Below are positions 1-9,543 of a stretch of DNA of 64,000 bases, one piece after another; positions within the stretch are counted from its first letter, which is position 1, and every line of letters begins with the position of its first letter. The stretch comes from an uncultured Acidobacteriota bacterium. Lineage in GTDB: Bacteria > Actinomycetota > Acidimicrobiia > Spongiisociales > ZC4RG35. The notes under the pieces are model-generated. The model saw only the letters and a list, made by a program, of their open reading frames with translations. It was not told the DNA's origin and did no database searches. Location of the stretch: positions 3,578 through 67,577 of the forward strand of contig CAVRXA010000004.1 of the NCBI GenBank assembly GCA_963725075.1, in the 5' to 3' direction. The translations under genes and the position numbers were made by a program.

Positions 1-1183
1 CCCCATGTGCTTGTCGTCTTCGTCGAGCAAGTTCGCCATGACCTTCAAAGTCCACTCCATCAAGGATCGGCTGTTCAGCCCGGTGTGGGCCAGAGTCCGC
101 ATCACCGGGGGGTGACCGATCAGCTTCACGAAGATGCGGGCCATCTTGTAGTAGAGCCCGTACTCATCCTCGAGTTGTTGTGGATATCGGCGTAACAGCC
201 CGAAATCTGCAGTCCCCAATGCCCGGCCGACGTGCTCGGCGGCGATGCGGCCGGTCTCGTAGGCGTAGGAGATGCCCTCCCCGTTCCAGGGGTTGATCGC
301 CCCGGCGGCGTCGCCGATCGTGATCCAGTTGGCCCCAACCAGCGGTCCCTTGGAGAAGGACATGGCCAGCTTGCCGCCGACCGGGTTCGTCAGCTTCGAC
401 TCCTCCGACAGCTCCCAATACTTCGGGCGCGGTGGCCACGTAATCGGCCATCATGTGAGTGGTGTTGACGTGCTTCCAGCGGGTGAAGGTGGAGAGCAGG
501 CCGACCCCCACATTGACCGTGCCGTCGCCCAGGGGGAACACCCAGCCGTAGCCGGGCATGGTGGCTCCAGTCGAGTCCCTCAGATCGAGCTGGCTCTCCA
601 GGAAGGGGTCCTTCGAGCGCGGCGAGGAGTAGTAGCCGCGGGCGGCCATGCCCATCGGGTAATCCCTGCGCCGCTCGTTTCCCAGCTCACGCCCGAATCG
701 ATTCATGGAGCCATCGGCGATGACACTGATCATCGGGGTGACGACCTCCTGGCCCCCGTTGTGGTCCAGGGTGACCCCGGTGAGAAAACCGTCCTCGATC
801 ACCGGTGTCGCCGTCGTCTTCTCCATGATCCTCACCCCCTGCTTCTCGGCGAGGGTGGCCACCTGGGAATCGAGGTCACTGCGTCGCATCACACCTCCCC
901 AACTCGGGAAGCGCGAGTGCTCCGGCCATTCGAGCTCGACGTACTCGTCCCCGGCATAGGAGCGAAGACCGGTGATGCGATGGAACTCGGGCACGTCGAA
1001 CTCGAATCCCATTTCCTGGAGTTGGAGGATCGCCCTGGGAGTCAAACCATCGCCGCAGGTCTTGTCCCGGGGATATTCCTTCTTCTCGACCAGCGTCACA
1101 TCGTGACCGTCCCGGGCCAGCCAGTAGGCGGCCGCCGAGCCGGCGGGGCCGCCACCGACGACGAGAACGGAAGGCGAAGACAT
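1..1183 (-). CDS. Geranylgeranyl reductase family flavoprotein (MenJ-like menaquinone reductase candidate); 3' end runs off the window; +1 frameshift at ~421
   Basis: GGGPAG FAD motif, KTCGDG, GYGWVFP. After removing one base at ~421 the frame continues EYWEL...IGDAAG.INPWNGEGISYAYETG, typical of the family. Confidence 0.85.
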
Positions 1184-1252
1184 CGTCGGAGAGGTTAGGG
1201 GTCGGGCCATGCAGCCGGGATTCTCAATACGCCGCGCAGGTTTATCGTGAGC

Positions 1253-1270
1253 TTGTGAATGAAATCCCAA
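1253..1270. promoter_or_regulatory. Rex operator overlapping the rex start codon (autoregulation)
   Basis: TTGTGAA-tgaa-ATCCCAA versus the Rex consensus TTGTGAA-N4-TTCACAA (12/14). Confidence 0.65.
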
Positions 1271-1872
1271 AGGCCACGGTCGTGCGTCTTCCCCGCTACC
1301 TCCGACTGCTCGAAGACCTGGCTTCGTCGAAGGACGTGGTCAGCTCCGAGGAACTGGCGTCGGCGGCAGGCGCCAACGCGGCCAACGTACGGAGGGATCT
1401 CTCCCATCTCGACTTTCATGGCGTCAGAGGCATCGGATACTCCGTCCCCGAGCTCAAAGCGCGCATTCGTCAGGAGCTCGGGATCGCCGAGCGGCAACGC
1501 GTGGCGATCCTCGGAGCCGGGAACCTGGGCCGGGCCCTGGCCAACTACGGCGGGCTCGGTCGCCGAGGCTTCGATGTCGTGGCCCTGTACGACACCGACG
1601 TCCGCAAGATCGGTTCGAAGGTGGGCAGCATCACCATCCAGGACCTGGACCTTCTCGACGGCGATTGCACCTCGAAGAGCTTCGAAATCGCCATCCTCGC
1701 CGTGCCCGCGGTGGCCGCACAACAGGTGGCCGATCGGTTGGTCGAGCACGGAATCCGGTCCATCCTCAATTTCGCACCGGTCCGGGTGAATGTGCCGGAC
1801 AAGGTCTCGGTGCGTCAGGTCGACCTGTCGATGGAGCTACAGGTCCTCAGCTATTACGGCAGCCGGCTCTAG
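1255..1872 (+). CDS. rex: Redox-sensing transcriptional repressor Rex
   Basis: IPKATVVRLPRY N-terminus, VSSEELA, VRRDLS, GVRGIGY, Rossmann GAGNLG, ILNFAP. Confidence 0.95.
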   Translation: MNEIPKATVVRLPRYLRLLEDLASSKDVVSSEELASAAGANAANVRRDLSHLDFHGVRGIGYSVPELKARIRQELGIAERQRVAILGAGNLGRALANYGGLGRRGFDVVALYDTDVRKIGSKVGSITIQDLDLLDGDCTSKSFEIAILAVPAVAAQQVADRLVEHGIRSILNFAPVRVNVPDKVSVRQVDLSMELQVLSYYGSRL

Positions 1873-2235
1873 GCAGAGGACTTTCTCCTGAACCTCCTCG
1901 TACTGGTGCAGCGCCACCAGGAAGGCGAGGAAGAGCACCAGCGACACCAGCAGGTAGGTGATCGGGATGATCCTGATCTCGAACGCGTTCAGCCCTTCGA
2001 TGTCGGCCGGCTTGGGGCCACGTGGGGCGTAGACCACGAAAAGCATCGAGGTGATCGTCAACCAGCCGAACACCGCGGCGCCGGTCACCAGGAACCCCAG
2101 CCGCTTGCCGAGGTTGGTGTAGTTGAACAGATAGATCGAGCCGTAGAACAGCGCCACGGCGGCGATGGTGAGGATGATCCCGGTGACGAAGAGGTTGGCC
2201 GAGAACAGCGACCGGAAGAACTCACGGAAGAACAA
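1837..2235 (-). CDS. Small membrane protein (3 predicted TM helices), last gene of the bc-type operon
   Basis: TTG start at 2235 with GGAGG RBS overlapping the cyt c 3' end; three hydrophobic segments. The true stop may be TAG at 1869-1871 if one A is extra at ~1884. Confidence 0.7.
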   Translation of the reverse strand: MFFREFFRSLFSANLFVTGIILTIAAVALFYGSIYLFNYTNLGKRLGFLVTGAAVFGWLTITSMLFVVYAPRGPKPADIEGLNAFEIRIIPITYLLVSLVLFLAFLVALHQYEEVQEKVLCLEPAAVIAEDL

Positions 2236-4144
2236 CGGTGGCCTCCTTCCCGTCCATGTTCCCACCACGCAGATAGCGGGCGAGCAACTCGATGTCCTCC
2301 AGGCTCAGGCTGGCGCCAAAAGCCGGCATTCGACCTGTGCCGAACCCGTTGAGGCCGTAGGGCGTCTCGGCCTCGGAGCCCCTTATCAGGAATTGGACCA
2401 GTAGGTCCTGCGCCGGGTCCACGTTCGCGTCACCGAACTGCACAGTCGGCCGACCGTCCCACAATGCCGGCCCAAATCCTCCCGAGCCCGCCTCCTGCGT
2501 GTAGGGGACACCTGCGCTGTAACCGGCGGTGTGACATCGGGCGCAGTTGGAATTGAACAGCCCGACTGCCCGCTCTGCTTCCTCGGGCGAGGACGCCATC
2601 GCCTCTGCCACCCCGGCGAAATCGATCGAATACAGCTGGGCTTGCTGGGACTCCTCGAGGTAGGCCAGGCCGCCCAAGGCGGTCTCAGTGAGATCCGCCT
2701 GGTTCTGCTCCGTCACCGAGAGGGTGGTCGCCATCGACTCCAGGTTGCCTACCAACCTGTCGGCCGTGGCGGCGTCAGGCTCCCCGCCGACCGAGGCCGG
2801 GTTGGTCGGATCGAGTGTGACCTGGGTGACCCCGGCCGGCGTGGTGGCGGTGATGGCGGCCTCGATTTGACCGTTGATGTCGGCCTCGGCGCCGCTCGAC
2901 AACCCGTCACCGTCGGGGTCGGAGCCCTCCTCGACCGCCGTGGTCGCCTCGGCCGCCAGGTCGGCGGCCCCTTCCACTGGCTCCTCGGCAGCTGCCGCCT
3001 CGTCCAGCGCCGCCACGAGCGCGTTGGCGCCATCGAGATCCTCGATCGGGCCCGGGACCTCGATGCCGGCTGTCTCCGCTGCAGCGCGGGTCTCTTCGAG
3101 GGCGGTCAACGAAGCCGGGCTGAGCCCGACAGCTGAGTCGACTGTCCCTTCCTCCATGGCCAACTCGATGGCCTCGATGTTCGTCGTGACAACCGGGTCG
3201 GTCTGACTTGCGAGCTCCAAGGCGGCGAGGGCATCGTCGGCCAGCTCGGCGTCGGCCACCTCGGGGTCGAGGGCGATCGGCTCCATGATCTGGAATCCGG
3301 CTACTGCCTCGGCTGAGATCTCACTGAGCTCCGTCTCGGCTGCATCGGAGATGCCGTCGGCGTCGGTGTCGATGCCGGTGCCTGCTCCGTCCAACACCTC
3401 TCTCGCCCGTGTGGCCATTGGAATCACCAGTGCGGCATCTGCGGGTGCCGACTCGATCTGAGCCACCACCTGACTCTGCTCGACAATGGCGGCCTCGACC
3501 GTTGCGTCGGCGGTGGCGAGCCTGTCTAGCGCAGTGTTGATCCCGGGCTCCACGTCGGCAAGGTTCTCGTCCTGCGTCACCTGAATGGTTGCCAGGTAAT
3601 TGACCACGTCTTCCACTTGCTGGTCGTTGAGCGGTCCACCGCCGGGGATGCCCCATGCCGGCATGGGAGTGTTGCCGCGGCCGTACGTGACCCAGAAGTT
3701 GACCTCGTCCTCGGCGTATCTGAAGAAGACGTCGTTGAGCGACGGAGCCGCCCACTCGACTGCGATTCCCGAGCGCTTCTCGACGTAAGGGGCGACGCCA
3801 CCCGACCCCTCCGGGCCATGACAGTTGAAACAGCCGAACTCCTCGACGAGGTGCTCGCCCCGGTCGATCGAGCCCTCGGCGAACTCCACGACGAAGCCCT
3901 CCTGTCGCTGCTGTTCGGTGAGGAAGTAGAGCGGGAGCGAAATGGCGAGGAACGCAGAGAAGGCAATCGCCGCCTTCTGCCCGCCCTCGAGCCGGCGGGT
4001 CTCGATCTTCTCGTCGTCGATACCAGGCCGAAGATTGGGAGCGACCTCCTCGCCACCCCGGTTGCGAATCGCCGAGACGAAGAGCATGCCCAGCCAGGCG
4101 ATCCCTGCGACCAGGGCGATGACCGTGATGATGTTGGCGGTCAT
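2222..4144 (-). CDS. Membrane-anchored diheme c-type cytochrome with long acidic inter-heme insert
   Basis: Two CxxCH motifs (CFNCH, CARCH), each followed by an MP(A)WG/MPAFG axial-Met motif; two N-terminal hydrophobic helices. Confidence 0.9.
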   Translation of the reverse strand: MTANIITVIALVAGIAWLGMLFVSAIRNRGGEEVAPNLRPGIDDEKIETRRLEGGQKAAIAFSAFLAISLPLYFLTEQQRQEGFVVEFAEGSIDRGEHLVEEFGCFNCHGPEGSGGVAPYVEKRSGIAVEWAAPSLNDVFFRYAEDEVNFWVTYGRGNTPMPAWGIPGGGPLNDQQVEDVVNYLATIQVTQDENLADVEPGINTALDRLATADATVEAAIVEQSQVVAQIESAPADAALVIPMATRAREVLDGAGTGIDTDADGISDAAETELSEISAEAVAGFQIMEPIALDPEVADAELADDALAALELASQTDPVVTTNIEAIELAMEEGTVDSAVGLSPASLTALEETRAAAETAGIEVPGPIEDLDGANALVAALDEAAAAEEPVEGAADLAAEATTAVEEGSDPDGDGLSSGAEADINGQIEAAITATTPAGVTQVTLDPTNPASVGGEPDAATADRLVGNLESMATTLSVTEQNQADLTETALGGLAYLEESQQAQLYSIDFAGVAEAMASSPEEAERAVGLFNSNCARCHTAGYSAGVPYTQEAGSGGFGPALWDGRPTVQFGDANVDPAQDLLVQFLIRGSEAETPYGLNGFGTGRMPAFGASLSLEDIELLARYLRGGNMDGKEATVVLP

Positions 4145-5019
4145 GCCCCGGCCACGGCGCTGATGCAGCTAGGTCCTTGCGGGTACTGGACGAGCAACAC
4201 CGGCGCCCGGGGCGTCTGGATGATCGTGCCGGTGCGAATGATGAGGTTGCCGCCCTGGTTCTCCACCACGAACCGGTCCAGGTTGCGCGGGGCGGGACCG
4301 CCGAAATATTGGCCGATGGCGTTGTACCTCGACCCGTGACACGGACATTCGAATCCCTGCGATGGGGCGCACCACGGCACCCGACACCCGAGGTGGACAC
4401 ATCGCATGTAGAGGGCCATCAGACCGTCGGTCTCCACGCCCTGGCCCTCGAACTGGTCGGAAAGCTCCTCGGGAGCAGGGACCAGGTAGGCCCGGGCCTC
4501 GGGAATGAACAGAGGGAGCACGGCGCCATCGGGGGTGAATACCTGAGTGCGCAGGTCGGAGATGGGGCCGGCGTCGATATCGGCGCCGAAGCCACCCGTC
4601 AGCTTGGGCCAGAAGAAGGCGAGGTAGTAGAGACCTTGGGCGGCGAGAAACGTCCCGAAGGTCGCAGCGATTGCCCGGTTGAAGAACTGACGCCGGCTGA
4701 CCCCGCCTTCCTCCGGAGACACCTCGACGATGCGCTGGGTCTCCAGGATCTCGACGACCGCATCCTCCTCGACCTCAACCGGTTCGGGCTCGACCTCGGG
4801 GGCCTCTTCCTCTACAGGCTCAGCTGCCTCCTCGACACGGGGCGGGATCAGAACGGCGGTCGACGACCGGTCGGCGGCCCGGGTCTCCGACGAGACCCCG
4901 GCCAGCGGATCGGCTTTCTCGACGGATTGGGAGCGGCGGTAGGCGACGGCAAATGCCCCGGCCGCCCCGAGGATCGCCACCACGGCGACCGCAATGAGGG
5001 CGGCGTTGGTCAGGGTCAT
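4141..5019 (-). CDS. petC: Rieske [2Fe-2S] subunit of the Rieske/cytochrome b complex
   Basis: CVHLGC and CPCHGS boxes; Tat-like SRRQFF before the TM helix. Confidence 0.92.
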   Translation of the reverse strand: MTLTNAALIAVAVVAILGAAGAFAVAYRRSQSVEKADPLAGVSSETRAADRSSTAVLIPPRVEEAAEPVEEEAPEVEPEPVEVEEDAVVEILETQRIVEVSPEEGGVSRRQFFNRAIAATFGTFLAAQGLYYLAFFWPKLTGGFGADIDAGPISDLRTQVFTPDGAVLPLFIPEARAYLVPAPEELSDQFEGQGVETDGLMALYMRCVHLGCRVPWCAPSQGFECPCHGSRYNAIGQYFGGPAPRNLDRFVVENQGGNLIIRTGTIIQTPRAPVLLVQYPQGPSCISAVAGA

Positions 5020-6074
5020 TCGAATTGCACCCAGTCCTTCAGGTCGTCGAAGTAGACACCGTCCTTCCAGGGATAGGAGAAGTTGAAGCCGAGGCCCCGG
5101 AAGAGGACGCCAAAGATCGTGAGTGTGGCGGCCCCCGCCAGGAACACCGAGTAGAGGGCGATGGCGAACTTGCGGTCACTGGGCCGCGTGGAGGGGTTCT
5201 TGTCGACGTAGGGGATCAACCAGAAGCCAATGAACCCGGTGATGGTCGGAATGGTCACCCCCGCAATCTGGGGATCGAAGTAGGAGAGCAGCTCCTGGAG
5301 GCCGAGGAAGTACCACGGCGCCTTCGACGGGTTGGGAGTGGCGTTGAAGTTGGCCGGGTCGAGCAGCGGGGAGTGAATGACCACAGACATGATCACTACG
5401 AGACCGGTGATCGCCAGCAGGGCACCGAACTCCATGAGCATCAGGTGGGGCCACGTGTTGACCTTGTCCGTTGGCTCGGCCTTGACCGTCTGGATGGCCC
5501 TGGCCTTGACCACGGTGAGCAGACGCTGCGTCCGCACGCCCTCGGGCGTGCCCTTCGGTGGCACCGTGGGACGGGTGCTCACCACAGCGGCCACCTTGCC
5601 GTTCCCGGCGCCGTTCCCGGACCCCGCGCCGTCGGTGGCGCCATCGCCCTCAGGGGCTGGTCGATCCTCCACTGCTGTCGCCACTGCGGCGGCGGCTGGT
5701 TCGACTGCTTCTACCTCCTCCTCCGATGGCGGCGCTTCGGTGGGTGGGGCGGGAGGCACATCAGCCTCGGTGTCGGCCACGATCACCGGCTCGGTCTCGG
5801 CTGCCGGCTCGACCGGCGCCTCTTCGGCCGGGGCGGGCTCATCATCGACCGACTCGACAGCCTCCTCGATCTCGGCGGAACGCTCTGCGGACTCCTCCAT
5901 CTCAGCAGCGACACTCTCCTCGGACTGGGCCGCTGGCGCGGGCTCGGCCGACGGCGGTGGGATGGGCGGAGCCTCACCCTTCATCTCGGCCAGCACCTGT
6001 TCGACGGGAAGGCCCAATGCCTTGGCCTTGGCCTCCGCCGACCTCCTGAGGAGACTCTCTGGAATTTCTGTCAT
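5016..6074 (-). CDS. petD: Cytochrome b subunit IV (PetD-like C-terminal half) with acidic N-terminal extension
   Basis: KVNTWPHL, NPSKAPWYFLGLQELL (PEWY-equivalent Qo motif), IPYVD; ATG at 6074 with GGAG RBS. Confidence 0.88.
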   Translation of the reverse strand: MTEIPESLLRRSAEAKAKALGLPVEQVLAEMKGEAPPIPPPSAEPAPAAQSEESVAAEMEESAERSAEIEEAVESVDDEPAPAEEAPVEPAAETEPVIVADTEADVPPAPPTEAPPSEEEVEAVEPAAAAVATAVEDRPAPEGDGATDGAGSGNGAGNGKVAAVVSTRPTVPPKGTPEGVRTQRLLTVVKARAIQTVKAEPTDKVNTWPHLMLMEFGALLAITGLVVIMSVVIHSPLLDPANFNATPNPSKAPWYFLGLQELLSYFDPQIAGVTIPTITGFIGFWLIPYVDKNPSTRPSDRKFAIALYSVFLAGAATLTIFGVLFRGLGFNFSYPWKDGVYFDDLKDWVQFE

Positions 6075-6084
6075 GACGACTCCT

Positions 6085-6861
6085 TTAGAGGGGCCCGGAG
6101 ATGCCGCCGTCCTTGCGCACTCGCCAGAAATGCACGGCAAGGAAGATCACGAGGATGAACGGGAACGCCAGGACATGCAGGACGTAGAAGCGGAGAAGGG
6201 TGGCGCCGGACACCTCGACACCGGCCAGTAGGGCGAATTTCACCTCATTGCCCACCACGGGAACGAAGCCGGCCATGTTGGTGCCCACCGTGACCGCCCA
6301 CAGCGCCAGTTGGTCCCAAGGGAGGAGGTAGCCGGAGAAGGAGAGCAGCAGGGTGAGGAAGAGGAGCACCACGCCGACGACCCAGTTGAACTCGCGCGGC
6401 GGCTTGTAGGCGCCGTGATAGAAGACCCGGCTCATGTGGAGGAACACCGAGAGGACCATGAGATGGGCCCCCCACCGATGCATGTTCCGCACCAGCGAGC
6501 CGAACGCCACATTGGTCGACAGAGCCTCGATGTCGGCATAGGCGGTCTCGGCCGAGGGCGTGTAATAGAACATGAGGAAGATCCCGGTGATGGTGAGGAG
6601 GATGAAGAGAAAGAAGCTGAGACCCCCCAGGCAGAGCGTGTAGGACAGCTTGACGCCGTGCCGCTTCACCTTCACCGGATGGAGGTGATAGAGCACGTTG
6701 TTCATCACCACGTATGACCGGTTCCTCGGGCTGTCCGAGTAGCCCTTCTTGAAGGGCGAGCCAGGGCGGAGGATCGACTCGGCCACCTGGGAGCCCCAGA
6801 GCTTGTCGCTCACCTCCTTGATCTTTTCTCCGATGCCGGTCTTACCGTTGCCGTTGGCCAA
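6085..6861 (-). CDS. petB: Cytochrome b6-like N-terminal cytochrome b
   Basis: Heme His pairs MHRW...FLH and LH-x14-H; LCLGG (heme ci Cys); GYLLPWDQ. Confidence 0.93.
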   Translation of the reverse strand: MANGNGKTGIGEKIKEVSDKLWGSQVAESILRPGSPFKKGYSDSPRNRSYVVMNNVLYHLHPVKVKRHGVKLSYTLCLGGLSFFLFILLTITGIFLMFYYTPSAETAYADIEALSTNVAFGSLVRNMHRWGAHLMVLSVFLHMSRVFYHGAYKPPREFNWVVGVVLLFLTLLLSFSGYLLPWDQLALWAVTVGTNMAGFVPVVGNEVKFALLAGVEVSGATLLRFYVLHVLAFPFILVIFLAVHFWRVRKDGGISGPL

Positions 6862-6869
6862 GCCGCCTC

Positions 6870-7319
6870 CTACCAGCGCATCCCGTAGGCATATCCATTT
6901 TTGAAGTCACGCTGCCCGGTGTCGAAATCCCAGGGGCGGCGGTCGAGACCCAGCTCCGCGGCCTGCTCGGCGAGCGACCCCTCGAACTTGCCCAGTGTGA
7001 TCACATTCGTTGGGCAGCGGTCGACACAGAGGGCGCATCGCGTGCATTCGTCCTCGTCGACCACGAAGAACCCGAGGTTCTGCGGGTCCTCACCGGGGTG
7101 GTCGACGTTGACACCCTCGGTGATGGCGTCCAACGAGAGATAGTGGATGCATTTCCAGGGGCAGATGTCGACACAGCCCTCGCAGAGGATGCACTCCGAC
7201 TGGTCGATGTGGAGGAACTGCTTCGGCCGCAGCTTGTCGGTGAAGTAGTCGCCCTCGACGACAGCGAGCTGATAATCGTCGCGGTACGGGGGAGTCTCGT
7301 CGACGACACCCTTGGGCAT
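6870..7319 (-). CDS. 2x[4Fe-4S] dicluster ferredoxin-like protein
   Basis: [12 protein letters not shown] and [12 protein letters not shown]. Confidence 0.92.
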   Translation of the reverse strand: MPKGVVDETPPYRDDYQLAVVEGDYFTDKLRPKQFLHIDQSECILCEGCVDICPWKCIHYLSLDAITEGVNVDHPGEDPQNLGFFVVDEDECTRCALCVDRCPTNVITLGKFEGSLAEQAAELGLDRRPWDFDTGQRDFKNGYAYGMRW

Positions 7320-7924
7320 CAGCCCTCACCCCTGACCAGCGGCCGCCCGTAGGGGGAGCGGGCCGGCGCCTTGTCGGCCGATGGAGGCGGACCCTTTGTC
7401 ATCTTCTGCAGCTGCAAGGCAAACACGGCCGCCACCCCAAGCATCACCAGGTGATACCCCATCGAGATCGAGTCCTTGATGGCAGCCCAACTGAGCTGTA
7501 CGTCGTTGCCCAACACCAGGACCGGCGGGATGGTGACGGCCACCCGTTGTGAGGACCAGTCGAGATCGGTCTGGGCGAAGTTGAGCCATTCCGAGGGAAC
7601 CATCCCGAAGATGATGACGAGCTCGATCCAGGTCACGAAGGAAGCGAAGAGGGCGCGGGCCCAGGTCATTCTCTGGTTCAGCACCCAGACGAACAGTGCC
7701 CCGACCACGAGCATCTGGGAGGCGCCGAACACCACCAGATAGCCGACACCTTTCAGCAAGTGGTTGCTCGGTATCCAATCGAAGATGCCCGCGTCCTGCT
7801 CGGGCGGGAGGCTCGTGTAGTGGATCCAGATCACCGCCACCACGAGACCGACGAAGCCCAGACCGAGCAGTCCCCATCCGATGGTCTTGCGTCTGCTGTC
7901 GCTCAGTTCTGCGAGGCGATACAT
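7319..7924 (-). CDS. Hypothetical membrane protein (4 TM), first gene of the bc-type operon
   Basis: Four hydrophobic helices; stop overlaps the ferredoxin start; high-GC coding pattern. Confidence 0.75.
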   Translation of the reverse strand: MYRLAELSDSRRKTIGWGLLGLGFVGLVVAVIWIHYTSLPPEQDAGIFDWIPSNHLLKGVGYLVVFGASQMLVVGALFVWVLNQRMTWARALFASFVTWIELVIIFGMVPSEWLNFAQTDLDWSSQRVAVTIPPVLVLGNDVQLSWAAIKDSISMGYHLVMLGVAAVFALQLQKMTKGPPPSADKAPARSPYGRPLVRGEG

Positions 7925-7943
7925 CTCTCGTCTTCGGGCACGG

Positions 7944-7961
7944 TTGTATACCTGTTCACGT
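7944..7961. promoter_or_regulatory. Putative Rex operator upstream of the bc-type operon
   Basis: TTGTATA-cctg-TTCACGT versus TTGTGAA-N4-TTCACAA (10/14), 20 nt upstream of the ATG at 7924. Confidence 0.45.
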
Positions 7962-7996
7962 CGTTTCTACCACAACCCGGGGCTCGTAAGAGAACC

Positions 7997-8051
7997 AGCG
8001 AACCCAGGGTTCTGGACTTCGGTGAGCGGTGCCTGCAACCCTGGGTTCGCT
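7997..8051. repeat. Perfect 15-bp inverted repeat with 25-nt spacer in the divergent promoter region
   Basis: AGCGAACCCAGGGTT (7997-8011) / AACCCTGGGTTCGCT (8037-8051). Confidence 0.85.
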
Positions 8052-8055
8052 AGTT

Positions 8056-9543
8056 ATGCTCCCGCCGTCCCGTTCCGCGACGAGGGAACCCTTGGCCGCA
8101 ACCCAAACTGCAGACATCAGGGCCCTCCTCGGGGCCGGAGATGAGGACCGCGTCGCCGTCGCCCACTTCCTGGTAGGGGCCCTCTTCCTGGTGCTGGCCG
8201 GTGTCTTCCAACTCCTCGCCCTCTTCTCGTTGCGGTTCGCCGGGCTCTCCCCGATCAGCTACGGCCGGGCCGAGTCGTTGGCCAACATCACCGTCATGCT
8301 CGGCTTTCTCGTGCTGACGCTTGCCGGTGGCGTCTATTACGTCCTGCCCCGGCTCACAGGCGCGCGACTCTGGCGAAAGGAGCTGGCCTACCTCGGGCTG
8401 CTCGGCGTCTCGGGTCTCGTGGTGCTCGACCTTCTGGCCGTGGTCTTCGGTCTCGGTGAGGGTCGACAGCCGTTTGGCCTGCCCTGGTGGCTCCACCTCC
8501 CGATGCTGGCGGTGCTCACCATTCCGTTCGCCGTCACGATGATGACCATCCGGCGCCGGGAGGAGAAGCGGAGTTTCGTCACCCTTTGGTTCGTCATGGG
8601 CGGCGTGGCCTGGCTGCCATTGCTGTACTTCGTCTACACGGCGGGCAGCCTGCCCTTCGTGGACTCGTTGGGTGCGGCGTACTCCGACGTCTTCTTCTCG
8701 GCCGGATTCGTCACCCTCTGGGTGTTCACCGTGGGCAGTGGGCTCTTCTACTACACCCTGGTCAAAGGGCTCGACATCCCCCTCGCCTCCCGCCAGCTGG
8801 CTTCAGTCGGCTTCTGGTCACTCGGCTTCGCCGCCGCATGGTGGGGGTCGGCGCAGCTCGTCTTTGGCCCCGGGCCGGGTTGGATCGACGGGGTGTCGGC
8901 TGCCCTGGGCCTGGCCTTCCCCATCGGCGCCCTCGCCAATGCCGCCAATGCCTCGCTGACCCTCCAGGGGCATTGGGAGGAGTTGAGGGACAAGCCGGGT
9001 GTTGTCTCGGGCGTCGTCGGTCTCTATCTGGGGGTGGCCGTGGCCATCCTGGCCAGTTTCGCCGCCTTCCCCTCCGTCGGATCGGTGACCGCACTCACCG
9101 CCTACTGGGAAGCGATCGAATACGTGGCTCTGTACGGCGTCGGCGTGCTGCTCGCCGCCAGCGTCGTCTTCGAGGCATTGCCCAGGTTGGCTGGCCGCGA
9201 GCCGGCCACATTGGATCGTCCGCGGTCCTTCAATCGGTGGACCGTCGTCGGGGTGGGCGGTGTCGGGGTGAGCATGATCGCGGCCGGGTTGGTCAGCGGT
9301 TACTCGTGGGTCGCGGGGTCGAACAGCGCCGCCTACGTCAACGCGGGGGAGGGCTGGGCCGCCGGGGCGGGGGCAGCCGACGTCCTGATGCTCGTCGCCG
9401 TTGGCTTCGGCATCGTGGCCTTCCTCGGACAACTTGCGTACGCCGCCACCGTGATCGGGACGGTCACGAGCGGCAAGGCCGTCCCCCAGGAGGTTCTGGT
9501 CTACGGCCCCGACCCTGATAGCGACGAGGACGCCGATGAGTGA
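8056..9543 (+). CDS. cbb3-type oxidase subunit I (CcoN)-like polytopic membrane protein lacking the canonical His ligands
   Basis: ~12 TM helices with CcoN-like landmarks ISYGR, YYVLPRLTG, LWF, FYYTLVK, GFWS..W.G, VFEALPRL; precedes a CcoO-like gene. Confidence 0.75.
   Translation: MLPPSRSATREPLAATQTADIRALLGAGDEDRVAVAHFLVGALFLVLAGVFQLLALFSLRFAGLSPISYGRAESLANITVMLGFLVLTLAGGVYYVLPRLTGARLWRKELAYLGLLGVSGLVVLDLLAVVFGLGEGRQPFGLPWWLHLPMLAVLTIPFAVTMMTIRRREEKRSFVTLWFVMGGVAWLPLLYFVYTAGSLPFVDSLGAAYSDVFFSAGFVTLWVFTVGSGLFYYTLVKGLDIPLASRQLASVGFWSLGFAAAWWGSAQLVFGPGPGWIDGVSAALGLAFPIGALANAANASLTLQGHWEELRDKPGVVSGVVGLYLGVAVAILASFAAFPSVGSVTALTAYWEAIEYVALYGVGVLLAASVVFEALPRLAGREPATLDRPRSFNRWTVVGVGGVGVSMIAAGLVSGYSWVAGSNSAAYVNAGEGWAAGAGAADVLMLVAVGFGIVAFLGQLAYAATVIGTVTSGKAVPQEVLVYGPDPDSDEDADE

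Noticed and set aside
8056-9543. Annotating this gene as a functional cbb3 oxidase or nitric oxide reductase
   Set aside because: None of the heme b, heme b3 or CuB/FeB histidines is present at the aligned positions.
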